A stretch of DNA of 62,760 bases, the filler included, from Rhabdomonas costata (taxonomy: Eukaryota), in assembly GCA_019059605.1 (NCBI GenBank). It is 50 parts of 50 records of this genome, joined end to end, with 100 filler letters (N's around TTAATTAATTAA, not from the genome) between each part and the next. Parts side by side here need not be neighbours in the genome. Positions count along the whole stretch, not along the records: positions 1 to 1,158 come from JAHMHO010025789.1; positions 1,259 to 2,416 come from JAHMHO010025790.1; positions 2,517 to 3,674 come from JAHMHO010025791.1; positions 3,775 to 4,932 come from JAHMHO010025792.1; positions 5,033 to 6,190 come from JAHMHO010025793.1; positions 6,291 to 7,448 come from JAHMHO010025794.1; positions 7,549 to 8,706 come from JAHMHO010025795.1; positions 8,807 to 9,964 come from JAHMHO010025796.1; 42 more parts are not named here. One strand, 5' to 3'. The position numbers were made by a program, and so were the translations under genes. This document shows positions 1 through 11,622 of this stretch, in pieces; positions within the stretch are counted from its first letter, which is position 1, and each line of letters starts with the position of its first letter. The notes under the pieces are model-generated. The model made no database searches. It saw only the letters and a list, made by a program, of their open reading frames with translations, and was not told where the DNA came from.

Positions 1-398
1 TCCAACCCTGCCGTACAATAGGGTTTGGAGCTCTCTGTCGCTGCTGTAACCTCGGCAGCTTTTAAACTGCTTCTTGGCTGGCGTCCCGTGAAGGCGATTG
101 TTATGTTTTCGATGATTGATGAGGGGGGGGGTCTGCAATGGGCCGGTTGGAGCATTTAAGCGGTTGCGTCCGTTGCCTCCGTTTCGGAGCATGTGCCGAG
201 CCGTAAGTGTGTCAGCGGTGTCGAATAGCTCGAGGAACTCCGCTAATCGCTTGCACAGGGTGACATTGCTGATCGCAACGATAACTTGTCCGTTGACCTT
301 AAGTTGGTCTTAGAGGCACAGTTTTTGGGTGCCTTAGCCCAATTGTTTGCTTTCATTTGGCTGGCAAAGAGCTTTCCTGTACTCTTCCTGGTTCCTGG

Positions 399-637
399 AT
401 GTCTTTTTGGGCGCTGCTCCCTGTGCTTGTTTGGTTGCTTCTGTGGCGAGGGGCGGTTTCTTCGGAGTGGTCGGTGGAGGACTTCCCGGACAAACCTCCG
501 GCCTCCAAGGTCCCGGTGGACCCCAACGCTCCCCCAGAGCCTCCTGAGGACGAGCACGTTGTCCTGCTTACTCCGGAGAACTTCGACGACTGGGTGGGCC
601 GCCAGGCCTACACCATTGTTCTCATGGCCGGAACAAT
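399..637 (+). CDS. First exon of a secreted thioredoxin/PDI-like protein
   Basis: Signal peptide MSFWALLPVLVWLLLWRGAVS, a Pro-rich linker, then HVVLLTPENFDDWVG, typical of the start of a PDI thioredoxin domain. Probable donor GTATGG at 638. No CxxC motif within the contig. Confidence 0.6.
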
Positions 638-1158
638 GTATGGTCCTTTTCTTCCTGACTGCGCGACTTCAAGGAAGCACCACCATCAGCTGTTCTGTGC
701 AGGCTCCTTCGCTCGATCGGAGATACTTTTCAGGACCGGCCTGATTGTGCAAGAACCGGCCACGCAGCGTTTTGGGAGGCGCGCTGTACATACGGCTTTG
801 CCCTCAAACTTTTTAGGATTTCTTTGGGTACGTGGTGACGTACCTGTCCCTTGTTTTTTTTTCAACATTGTTTTTCAACATGTCTTGGGGTGGGAACGCT
901 GCGGACCCAAAAATCTATATGTTCTGTGCATATGGGGGGACGGGAGCAATTCCTTCAAAAGGGTAAAGGCATGCCCACACAAACGGGGTGCCAATTGTTC
1001 CGGCGAAAAACAATGCAATAAATTACACGCGAGAGGAGGAAAATGCAGAGTATCAGGGGGTGTGGGAGCAGCTAACGAGGAAACTGCAGATTTTTTTATA
1101 GAAAAATTTTAAAAATTTAGAATTTAAATTTTTTAAATTTTAGAAAACGTTTTCACTC

Positions 1159-1258
1159 NNNNNNNNNNNNNNNNNNNNNNNNNNNNNNNNNNNNNNNNNN
1201 NNTTAATTAATTAANNNNNNNNNNNNNNNNNNNNNNNNNNNNNNNNNNNNNNNNNNNN
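1159..1258. other. Artificial contig-joining spacer N44-TTAATTAATTAA-N44 (first of 49)
   Basis: An identical 100-bp spacer with stops in all six frames recurs about every 1257 bp, the last at 61504-61603. The contigs are all about 1157 bp, consistent with length-sorted concatenation. Confidence 0.99.
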
Positions 1259-1503
1259 TGTTTTTTTTTCCTTGCATTTGCTGAGATATCCTTCCGCGTT
1301 TTGAGCGCAGTGTCAGGAGTAGTCTGAATTGAGTGCGATTTGACTGTTGGGGTGGAGCCTCAACTGAATTTTTCTGGTGGTTGTTTCCAGCGGAACCATT
1401 GCTTGCCAAGAATCACAGGAAACACAGATTGCCTTACAGTGCTGCTCGCAAGTTGTGTTGCCAGATGAACTGCGGTGTGGCGCATAGCCTATGTTGAGTG
1501 TAC

Positions 1504-1671
1504 CCATCCGTTCAGTGGGTTTGGCGAGGCCAAGCATGATGACAAAGCGGTCCAGCATGGCGGCGAGGTCCGTGGTCTCCACCGCCTTTGCACGGCAGTG
1601 CTCCAGCCAAGTGGGCTCTGACAACTCCCGTCGCTTCGAGAGGGACAACTTTTCCTCTTCGCAATAAGAAC
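1504..1671 (-). CDS. Internal exon, unknown protein
   Basis: AG...GT-bounded open segment SYCEEEKLSLSKRRELSEPTWLEHCRAKAVETTDLAAMLDRFVIMLGLAKPTERM with GC-rich third positions. Confidence 0.4.
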
Positions 1672-2882
1672 CTAGAATGAAGGAGCTTGCCTCCAAAGGG
1701 AGTGCTATCCTGGCGCTTTCCTTTGCCTGTTTTCGGGCTTTTCGTGTTGTCGAGGTTTGAGTTAGCCCGACATCCAGCGCAGATGTTCGGGCGCCCCTTC
1801 TGCGTGCGGACATATGGCTCTGGGGTTTGGGAAATGATCCGAGGCCTCTCTGTCTCTCTGATCGACCGCTTTTGTGGCTATGAGCCACGCGCCTTTTTCC
1901 GATCGCCGCAGTGTGTCACGTTTTCTCCTGTGCGAGTGTGGGTTGGGTTCCCTCTGGCTTCTTCGGGCTTAGCCGGTGAAGCGCTGAGGGCGCACCTATA
2001 GGTCTAACGTGACTTGGCAGCGATGCTGAGCGAGGAAGGCTTGCGAAGCTGGAGATGCATGCAAGCGGACCAGACGAGAAAGGTATTTTCGATTGCGAGG
2101 AGACGCAATAATCGGAGACGCTTTCGGAGAACCGCTTCTCCCTTGTCTTAGTGGCTGTGTGTGAAGTGGCCCAAGTTGGAACCTGCTCCCTTCCTTGTTT
2201 GTCCAGAGGAAATTCTCTTTTCCATGCGTTTTGTCCGCCTGAAAATCATGAGTTTGTGGCATTTGTGGTTGTGCTTGCGTGTATGTGTGATCTGTCCTCT
2301 GCTTGTAAAGCTCTCTCTTCAAGATTCGCCATCAAGTTTTTTTATGCTTGATTTTTTAAAGTTTCAATCGTCCACTGCTTTGTCGTTTGTTGCTGTCGCT
2401 ACTGCCCCACAAAAAANNNNNNNNNNNNNNNNNNNNNNNNNNNNNNNNNNNNNNNNNNNNTTAATTAATTAANNNNNNNNNNNNNNNNNNNNNNNNNNNN
2501 NNNNNNNNNNNNNNNNGGTGGTGGGGGTGCGAAAGCAGCCGAGGGGCTCAGTAAGCACCCCATCACGGCGGCGGCCGTGGAGAGCTGTGCGAAGCGAAGC
2601 TCAACGCACTGCATATGGGAGCAGTCACAGAGGATGGCATCCTCAGCGCAATGGCGATAGGCAAACCGATAGCCGTGATGCATGGACCGAATTGAAAGGG
2701 AGTACCCGGGCACCTCCTGCGTGAGAAAACCTAAAAGGTATTATGTCACGGAACATGTGATGCGTCAAAGATAGTAAATCTATGAAACCTACCGCTCGCA
2801 GTGTAGGGGTGTGTCTGTTATCGTCACAGAGAAAGCCGTTAGTCGAAAAGAGGACACCGCGGGGCGTTCATCCCTTAATGCG

Positions 2883-2908
2883 ACACACACACACACACAC
2901 ACACACAC
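2883..2908. repeat. (AC)n microsatellite
   Basis: Seen directly. Similar dinucleotide tracts at about 4069-4102 (GA), 13396-13428 (TC), 30285-30313 (GA) and 32941-32960 (TG). Confidence 0.95.
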
Positions 2909-3953
2909 AAGAATGCAGCTAAATACGCGACTGCAGATGAGTTGAGAGGAACGACATGTCGATAGGGAAGACAATTCAGTAAACAAAACCGAACCCAAAA
3001 AAGTTTCCGTTGGTCGTTCTTGGAAAGAACAGCACTGGTCGCCCGGACGACAGTCCCTCCCCACCAATGCATACAGCATTACCCATCGGAAAAGGGCGGT
3101 GTATAAGAATTCAAGACAACAACATACAAGATCCACAAAGGGGAACAAACTTTGTAAGTGGGCGGTGGCTGGGAGAGAGAAAGCACTTAGCACACCTCCA
3201 GCACACCCATGTGCATTCGCTTGGCATGCCAGCGGTGGGTTTCCAGCCTCACCACAGAAGGCACGCACACAGCAGCGCCAGAGCGACCAGCTAGCGACTT
3301 CTTGGGCTTGCCTTTAGCCTTTCGTTTGCTCTGCTTCTCCCTATTGTCAGCCACGGCTGAATCTTCACCTTAGGAAGGGCAAGCTGCAACGCCTCACTTG
3401 GCACAGTTGGCCATTCGTCATACCTTTTCCACTTTCCACCTAAAGCAAAGGGGTGGAGAATACTGATGCTTGACGATCAGTTGCTAAACGGCACTGATGA
3501 ACGTCAACCCGGAGCACTGACCACGCCCCCACCACCATCAACCGATGAGTTAACCTGTTACGAAAATGGGAATGAATCAGTCACTCTACATAAACCATCA
3601 TTGATTCCAGCGAAATCCTGGAGCAACTAATGTCTGTGAACGACCATTTGAGACGTCTCACCAAACCACCCACANNNNNNNNNNNNNNNNNNNNNNNNNN
3701 NNNNNNNNNNNNNNNNNNTTAATTAATTAANNNNNNNNNNNNNNNNNNNNNNNNNNNNNNNNNNNNNNNNNNNNTGAGATACCCTGAGATGTCCCTGGGT
3801 GCATTCTGCTTGCCATGCAAACGCCTCTACGATGACCTCAGCGGTGTTTTGCGCAACAACAGAAAAAAGGTCCCAAGGACCTCCAGCTTTCTCCGGTTCA
3901 AAGGTTCGGCTGCCCGTGGCAGATAAGTTGGGTGCAGCCACACCGGAAGTGCT

Positions 3954-4056
3954 TCAGTGGCCGTGGTGGTGGTGGCCATGTTTGCCGTGGTGGTGATGGT
4001 CGTCGTGGTGGTGATGGCCACAGCCGCCACCGCCGCCGAAGTGCGGGCCAGGGCCC
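3954..4056 (-). CDS. Terminal exon encoding a Gly/His-rich C-terminus
   Basis: Follows a (CT)n pyrimidine tract and AAAG acceptor. Reads GPGPHFGGGGGCGHHHHDDHHHHGKHGHHHHGH-stop. This frame is not in the ORF track. Confidence 0.55.
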
Positions 4057-4664
4057 CTTTGAAAAGCGAGAGCGAGAGCGAGAGAGAGAGAGAGAGAGAG
4101 AGGAAACCTGTGCCCTGTGCTGGTAACTTTCTAAACACTAGCCACTCACCATTATGAACCGGTCTTGTAATGAAGTCCTCTTGCTAATGGTATGTGACGG
4201 GTTTTCCAATTGAAGTCTTTTTAGCCTATACAAATGCCGCTGTCTGGGGACGTGGGATGTGATGAACCCGGAATGTCTTCCGGAGCGCGAGCTGAAAAAA
4301 TAGGTTAGATATGGAGAATTGCCAAGTGACTAATGCGACGAAGGCCCGAGTTTTTTTTTGGGGAGGGGGGTTCATTCCGTTTGTGGCAGGCTCCTTGAGG
4401 AGTGGAGTGTCTATAGTTCGTGTTTGAATGAAGGGACATTTTGTGGTGGAGTAGTGAGTTTACGGTTTCCACCAACCCATCAATGAGGTGGTGCCTCCCC
4501 TCCGGACCTTTTGTTTTAGCTCCACCCTCACAGTGAAACAACGGTAGGCAGGGATTGTGGTTGGGCGCTGTATTCAAATGAAGTCCTCTTCGGGAAAAAG
4601 CTGAACTGGGTTTGCAAAAAAAAAATGCGCAATCATACGGGCACACACCCAGCTACAGGCACAC

Positions 4665-4723
4665 CAAAGCAGTGCCCGTCCATCTTCCCGTCCATCGCGT
4701 CCAAGGCCTTGGACATGAGGTTG
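4665..4723 (-). CDS. Short exon NLMSKALDAMDGKMDGHCF(G)
   Basis: TTCAG acceptor, GTGTGC donor, GC-rich codons. Same strand as, and upstream of, the His-rich exon. Confidence 0.5.
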
Positions 4724-6290
4724 CTGAAGCGAGGGTGGCAAGGCCAGCGAAGGGGGACGTTTTTTTCTCATTTTCTACAACCCTCAGCGCAGGACTTGGG
4801 TCAAAAAGAGTGAGGTGAGCTCGGGGGTGGGCTTGAAGCAGGCGCAGCTCATCCTTAAAATCTATTAGAACAACTGAAATGGAAAGGAGGACAAGCCTCC
4901 TTAACAGTTGGGTGGGGGGCGCCCTCTAACAANNNNNNNNNNNNNNNNNNNNNNNNNNNNNNNNNNNNNNNNNNNNTTAATTAATTAANNNNNNNNNNNN
5001 NNNNNNNNNNNNNNNNNNNNNNNNNNNNNNNNACGGTCAGCCGCATCACTTTCCACCGCAACGAGCGACCCCTGCTCAACGCATTGGGGAGCAAGTGGAA
5101 GGATGGCGGCTGGACCGGAGTCTCGGTCCAAAACCCGGCTCTTGATGATGAATCTGTTGGTGTGCTCACACTGCGCTCTATTGATGAACAGAACAAAACA
5201 AAACCAAAAAGTGGAACGAAAAAGGCTGGCAAATCCCAATCAAAGGCAAGAAAAGCCAAAAAGCATAGGAAGGCATCTTTTTGGGGTAACGGTGCGGTCT
5301 GCAGGGCTGTGTTTCCGAAGGGGGTCGGGTCAAAGAAATCGGGGTCCCGGGCTTGGTATGGGCCGCGGGTCCGACCTGAAAAACCCGAACTTCCAATGGA
5401 AAGGGGCCGTAAAGGGATACAGCGGGAATCCGCCATGGGCTTTTCTAGGGGTTTCGGCTGTTGAGGGAAGGTGGGGTCGAAAAAAAATTGTCCAACAACA
5501 AGCAGAAGAAACAGAGAGGCGTACAGGGTGAACGAAATAAAATGGAGAAGAAAGGTGGACAGTCGGATTTTGGGCAAAGTGTTCGGAAGTAGGCGCCCGA
5601 AATCCACAAGATTTGCAGGAAAAAGGTAGGGGATGAACAGCGGATGTGCTGAAGGGGAAAAAATTTTGAAGGGAACTGGCGCATTGCTGGGGACAAGGGA
5701 AAAAAACAACAGGGGTGCGACCCGGCCGATGTGACGACGGGGTGGGAAATCATACGATGGATGCTGACTGGCCCGGTGCGAATAAATCAGAAAATCGAAA
5801 GGAAAAGAAAAAAGAAAAACTAGTAAACTATTGGAGATCTCTCGCAAAAAAAAAAGGCGGAACCAGCAACGGGTCTGAAAGTGCGATCGGGGTTGAATTT
5901 GGGTGAACCATAACATCAAGCGGAGGAACCGATGAGGTATCACTCCATCGAAAGAACATCGGAGTCCCAAGCGGCTGATTTATGCCGAAGCAGTCCACAC
6001 ACTAGTGTCCCGCTTTGAAAACCCTTGGGATCTCGATGGTGGTGGTCGACTTCGGGTCGTCAAGGGATACGGGATCCAGCAGTAACCTCGATGACCGGAG
6101 AAACTTTTAGAGAGATCGGACAGGTAGGTGGTGAGTGGGGAATCGACAGGGCGGGGCGCAGGACGTCGGTCACCAGTCCTTGGTGGACGTNNNNNNNNNN
6201 NNNNNNNNNNNNNNNNNNNNNNNNNNNNNNNNNNTTAATTAATTAANNNNNNNNNNNNNNNNNNNNNNNNNNNNNNNNNNNNNNNNNNNN

Positions 6291-6418
6291 TTGGTCAAAC
6301 TCCCAGAAACCACATAAAAATAAACGCACCCAAAACAAAACCAACGTCAACGTCGTTATTAACACTGGTTTTGTTTTGGGTGCGTTTATTTTTATGTGGT
6401 TTCTGGGAGTTTGACCAA
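6291..6418. repeat. Perfect 53-bp inverted repeat at contig start
   Basis: 6291-6343 is the exact reverse complement of 6366-6418, with a 22-nt loop. Confidence 0.9.
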
Positions 6419-6536
6419 CTGGTGGCCAACTGGTGAAGCGGGAAAATCGGCATGTTCAAGGGTAGCGGAGGGCGAATAAAACCCAAAAGAGAAAGAAGAG
6501 TGAGTTGCATTTCCCATCCTCGTTCAGGTTCAGTAC

Positions 6537-6664
6537 CTGGGGCTGCCCCCGTCGCAGTGCTTCACGTATGGCGCGGAGAAGGGCACGAAGTTTGAGTGGG
6601 TGGTGCCCGAGGGGGACCCCGTGATGAGCGTGAAAGTCTTCGTCTCCGGCGACTCCGCGTTTGT
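6537..6664 (-). CDS. Internal exon, unknown protein
   Basis: CTGCAG acceptor, CAG|GTACTG donor. Reads TNAESPETKTFTLITGSPSGTTHSNFVPFSAPYVKHCDGGSP. Confidence 0.45.
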
Positions 6665-7548
6665 CTGCAGCGCAATCTTCCGCCGAAAAAGCGGTGTGGT
6701 TGTCGAACCCACGGGTGGTTGGAAAGGGCGACGGGCGGTATCCGTTTTGCAGTTAAGATGGAGTTAAATGGGGTGTGCACAGGTTTTTGAACCAGTTTTT
6801 GGAGCTTGATTTTTAAATGGAGTTAAATGCAGTTCGGACACCGCCCAACCCTCACATAGCCGAGCGCTCAGAGAGCCCACAACCCAGTGAAAAGCAAAGC
6901 CAAGATGGCGAGCAACGAGGAAGGGGCGGCCTTTTTTTTTGCAATTCAAAAAATTACAAAATTTTCCTCTCTCATTTGCATGTTTTCCTAAAAGGCAGGC
7001 GCCTCAGGCCCGCCCTGAAGGGTGAGTTAATCTTGCCTTGCAGCAGAGCTGAAGCCTTAATGTACACGCCGAACCAAGCGCGAAGAGCCAAGAAGAAGAC
7101 TTGGGAATGGGAAGGGTGCGTGTTATGTCCGACACCGTTTTCACGCCGTAAGGGGGTAAAAGAAAGTTTCGCCACAAAGCAAGCACACCTTCAACAGGCC
7201 GAGTCAACCTGCTCAGGAAGGAGAAAATGATGTCCGGTTTCTGTTGCACAAGCCAACTGTTCCGAAGACAGCGCCGCATGTACAGGCACCGCCGCGCCGC
7301 GGGTGACATAAGCTCTCCCGCCGCTGCGGGAAACTCATAGGGTTTCTACCGTAGTATCCAACGGTTTCCCCCTCCGTCAGAATGAATGGGGACTTTTCGC
7401 CTTTTAAAAGGAGGCAGTTGGTGACACAGGCCACGAAAAATGGTTTCGNNNNNNNNNNNNNNNNNNNNNNNNNNNNNNNNNNNNNNNNNNNNTTAATTAA
7501 TTAANNNNNNNNNNNNNNNNNNNNNNNNNNNNNNNNNNNNNNNNNNNN

Positions 7549-8076
7549 GTTGGCGTTGAGGTCTACTGGCTTTCAATTGTGGGAATAAGCTTGCAGAATG
7601 TGGAAGATATGCGATTGGGGCTTCTTGTTAGTGAGCTACTGCTGTCCAAAAGAGTGAATGGTGCGTAGGGTTTCGGTGATTTGGGTACTTTGTGAGTGTT
7701 GGTTGACTACGTCTTTGGAGTTGGTGTTAGCTTCTGGGTTGGTGTTCTTGGGTAGGTTCTTCTGCTTAGGTGGTATTCAGTGGTAGTGGTGATCTCAATT
7801 TATCGGTCTCTTGCGGTGTTGGAGTCTGTGCGGCTGTTCTTGATGAGGTACTATGGTATTCGTGTTGTGTCGCTCGTCGGGGTCTACTGATTGGATATGG
7901 GTTTAACAATTCACTGGGGTTGGTTTGCGAGTTTCTAAATTCACGCGCTTGGTGAGGTTGGATACCTCTTGTGTATTGGTGTCTGGTATTCGCCAGTCGG
8001 TTTTGGTTGGCGTTGATGTCTACTGGCTTTCAGTTAGGGTAATAAGCTTGCAGAATGTGGAAGATATGCGATTGGG
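7549..8076. repeat. ~457-bp period tandem repeat (one unit plus 71 bp)
   Basis: 7549-7619 recurs at 8006-8076 with a few substitutions. The unit is strongly G/T-skewed. Confidence 0.8.
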
Positions 8077-8085
8077 ACTGCGCAC

Positions 8086-8706
8086 CTAACAACCGTAGGG
8101 GCTCGAGTGAGAATACCAGTACTCCAGAGAGGCCACGTTGGTATGGGCGTTCAATGTCACCAAACTCCGTCCCGATAGAAGAGCTTGCTGCAATCGTGAC
8201 TCAACTTGGGCAGCTGTCGCAGCCGTCTCCGTGCCCACCACAATGCCCACCATGCGGAAGGTTGCTCTGGTCTCAAATTCCAGTGGGCCAGATGCAAGAG
8301 TAATGCTGATGTTCCGTACAGATGGTACCTCCGAGCACCAGAGTTCCTTTTCCCGAGGTGGAGCTGCACGCGGACAAGTTGGCACCAGTCCTGGTACGCG
8401 CCCACCAGTATCGAGGAGACACACGTTGTCAGCGTAACCACTGGACGCGATGTAGAAGTGGTCCATCATCACGCCCATCTGCTGAGCTGCAGCCCAGCGG
8501 TGAAAGTCATCGAAGAGGATGTTCAGGAGGTCAGGACTGGCGTGAAAGCCCTTGGTAAGCCCATTTGTCAAGGTCCACTCCGATCCATCCACCTGGACAT
8601 ACCAAAGTCGGTGCTGGAGGTGGGCATAAAAATGTTGAAAACACTTGATTACCACGATGGGTATGCCCGCTTCCTCCATAGCACCAAATACTGCCCACCA
8701 AAAACC
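8086..8706 (-). mobile_element. Degenerate non-LTR retrotransposon reverse transcriptase fragment
   Basis: NGLTKGFHASPDLLNIL matches GxxQGxxxSPxLFN, and GYADNVCLL is a mutated YADD. The frame then shifts to AYQDWCQLVRVQLHLGK, followed by FRMVGI (FxYLG-like). Confidence 0.85.
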
Positions 8707-9521
8707 NNNNNNNNNNNNNNNNNNNNNNNNNNNNNNNNNNNNNNNNNNNNTTAATTAATTAANNNNNNNNNNNNNNNNNNNNNNNNNNNNNNNNNNNNNN
8801 NNNNNNTTGTTTTGGGCTGTCAAAATGCTACATTGCACTTGTACTGAAGTTAGGCGGCGAGTTTGTCGTTGGCTTTCTTCCTCCGATTTTGGGGCATAGT
8901 GATGTACGTGGTCCGCCTTTATTGCTCGTCACCCCTCCTCCCTTTCGCGCGGTTCCCTCACAGAATGAAAGGTTTTTTTCGAGATTAAGAGCTCCTGAAC
9001 GTTTTATCCTTTTTATATCCTTTGGAAAAGTCACATGTGAGATCCCAGATGATCCTCTGTTTGCTGCGTATAATGGGGTGTTCTGTTGCTGTTACTCTCT
9101 CTCTCTCGCTGTCTATGACAGTGCGGAGCTTGTGGACAGTCGGTCGTTTCGGGTTTCCTAACAGGACAACTTAGACTTTTGTAGGTTCGGTTTTGCAGTC
9201 AAAAGAGAGATTCATTGAGAGCCAGTGGTTTGCAGTGGGCTGTGATTTCCCTGCGAATGGGCTTCGATGAGAGAAACTACCAGAAACACAGCCGTGGCCC
9301 CCCTCACACCCCCTTAGGCTCGGAAAACTGACAAAGCGTCCTGTTTGGAAAGTGCAGAGGGAGGGGGTTGAGCCGTGAACCTCAGAAGTACCAGGAAACC
9401 ATTAGTCCTGAGCAAAGAGGGGGAAAGCGTAAAAAATTACTAATGTGATTGGTCTGGTTGCATTCTTTATAATTGTCAACTATAGAAACAAGGCGTTTCC
9501 TTAATTTTCTCGCCGTCTGCT

Positions 9522-9840
9522 TCTATGACGGGTTGTCCCGTTGCTGCTTGAGTCCTCCGGCGGTTTGTTCTCTCTGTTTATATTGTCTTCTTTCCTTGAG
9601 AGGAGGTCAAGCGAATCTCTTTGTAAATACGTCTGGTTTTCTCCGGGCTCCATATGTGCGCATGCAGCCTTGACAGCGTTTCCTTTCTCTTTTCACTCAC
9701 TGTATGAAATTTACTTTCCGTTCCCTACTGCCGCCCACGTCTCTTGTTCTGATTATTGCACACTTTGGAGACCGTTCTGCGTGCCGCACGAGCTGCCCGC
9801 CCTTCACCACCGCGGCCTGGTTGCTTGAGGTTTCTTGTTT
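9522..9840 (+). repeat. Dispersed non-coding repeat, copy 1
   Basis: Collinear similarity with 35777-36089. Shared blocks include CTCCGGGCTCCATATGTGCGCAT and CTTTGGAGACCGTTCTGCG. Confidence 0.9.
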
Positions 9841-10680
9841 AGGCAAACTAGACACAATAGTATTTACATTTTTCGTTCCATCAATACCATTGACTTTTGC
9901 TGAGGTACATCGAACGGTCGCGTGGTATCCCAATGCATGTGCGGTCCCAATGCAGCGAGTAAAANNNNNNNNNNNNNNNNNNNNNNNNNNNNNNNNNNNN
10001 NNNNNNNNTTAATTAATTAANNNNNNNNNNNNNNNNNNNNNNNNNNNNNNNNNNNNNNNNNNNNTTGTGGTCTCCCTGGGATGAGTTCTTTTTTGCCCAT
10101 TAGACCTCCTTTGTCGTTGGGGTTATCTTTCTGGGCAACAATTTTTTGTGCTTCGGTTTCTTCGTGCTGTCGAGTCGCTACTGTCTTTGGAACGTGCGGA
10201 CCTATGTTGCAGCAGCGACGCGATGTTTTGCCTCCAAAAACAGGTTTAATGCTGTGAAAAGATGTGTTGCATTTTTGGAAATTTGTATTGTATGGTGCGT
10301 TTGAGGATGACTTCGGTGAATTTTCCAGGGAACGGCCATGAAAGGTCCCAGGAGTTGCCTTACAAAAAAGGGACTCTTATTTTAGTGGGGAAGCGGCGGG
10401 CTGCGGAGGCGAGGGGGGCAGGTCGCAGCCCAGAAAGGTTGCGCTTTTGCAGAGCGCCTGTCGGAAGCCACGATGGCACGATGACATCAAGGCGGGAGAA
10501 GGCGTTAGGCAATGCAAGAGGTGAACGACTTTACATGCCCCACGCAAGAGCGTAAGATCAACAAACCCCTCTGGGGGACAGACGAGCTCGCACAAGCCCT
10601 CCAGATCTCTCTCGACCTGGGTTGCAGCACAAACAAAGGGTCCGATAGTGTGTGTTTGAGGGGTGGTTCAACGTTCAATG

Positions 10681-10720
10681 TTTAACGTTGTTAAAAGGTT
10701 TAACGACGTTAAACGATAAG
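10681..10720. repeat. Two TTTAAC-N3-GTTAAA palindromes of the MITE-like family
   Basis: TTTAACGTTGTTAAA (10681-10695) and TTTAACGACGTTAAA (10699-10713), followed by CGATAAGGC as in the copies at about 44040 and 47180. Confidence 0.7.
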
Positions 10721-11622
10721 GCTCAAAACTATGCTGGTTGTCTCGGTCATCAGAAAACCTCCCGTGTGTCCATTTTTTGGCGCATCACTGCAAAAGCTCC
10801 CCCAGTCGCTCAGTCACGTTTCCGCTTCGCACGTCTCCCCATTTCTTGCGGAAGGCTACGTTCCACTCTTCCCAGGATTTCGATTCGACTGCAGCTCCGA
10901 GCGTTGGTCAGCGCCGTCACGCAGTTTGAGAAGTTTAGCACAGCATGGGTGGGTGCTCTCGAAGCCTCTTTTACGCAGCCGGAACCCGCCCTGACCCATT
11001 CATGCTCCCTCGGGAAGTGCAAGTGTTGGCGGCTCGGGGTCTCTCACTCCCAACCCTTTTAGTTCTGCCAAGCCCCACAAGATTCTCTCGGCGATCTTTG
11101 CCTGTGTTGCTTAACATTTACGGACGCCACAGCTGCTTCTGCGTATTCACATCCGGACGTCAAACCGCAAAATGCAAGCCTCTTCAGTCCTTTCCCAGCT
11201 CCTAACCATACCCTCTNNNNNNNNNNNNNNNNNNNNNNNNNNNNNNNNNNNNNNNNNNNNTTAATTAATTAANNNNNNNNNNNNNNNNNNNNNNNNNNNN
11301 NNNNNNNNNNNNNNNNTGTGTTTTGTACGTGCCTCCTCCATACGGTCAAGTATTTTGGGGGGGACCTCTCAGTTGTTTTGTGGACACATCTCCCCTGTGA
11401 CTCCGACATACGTGGCAAGGTTCAGGTTAGTGGGGATTCCAGTATAAGGCTGGCAGGGGGCTAGGAGGCGATACAGGTGCCCATTGGATTTGGAGGCGAT
11501 GCGATGCATATTGGATGTGGTTAGCAGGGGTCAATTGGTGGTGAACCCTGAACTGACGGACAGCCTCGAATCCCATCCCCGCACCGCGATGTCCTCGCAC
11601 ACAGACACGTGTGCCCACATAG

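Noticed and set aside
638..1112. C-terminal part of the 251-aa ORF 357-1112
   Set aside because: Codon bias and thioredoxin similarity end at a GT donor, so it is probably intron read-through.
4981..5970. 329-aa ORF
   Set aside because: It is the Phe/Leu/Pro-rich antisense of purine-rich DNA, has no motif, and runs into the spacer.
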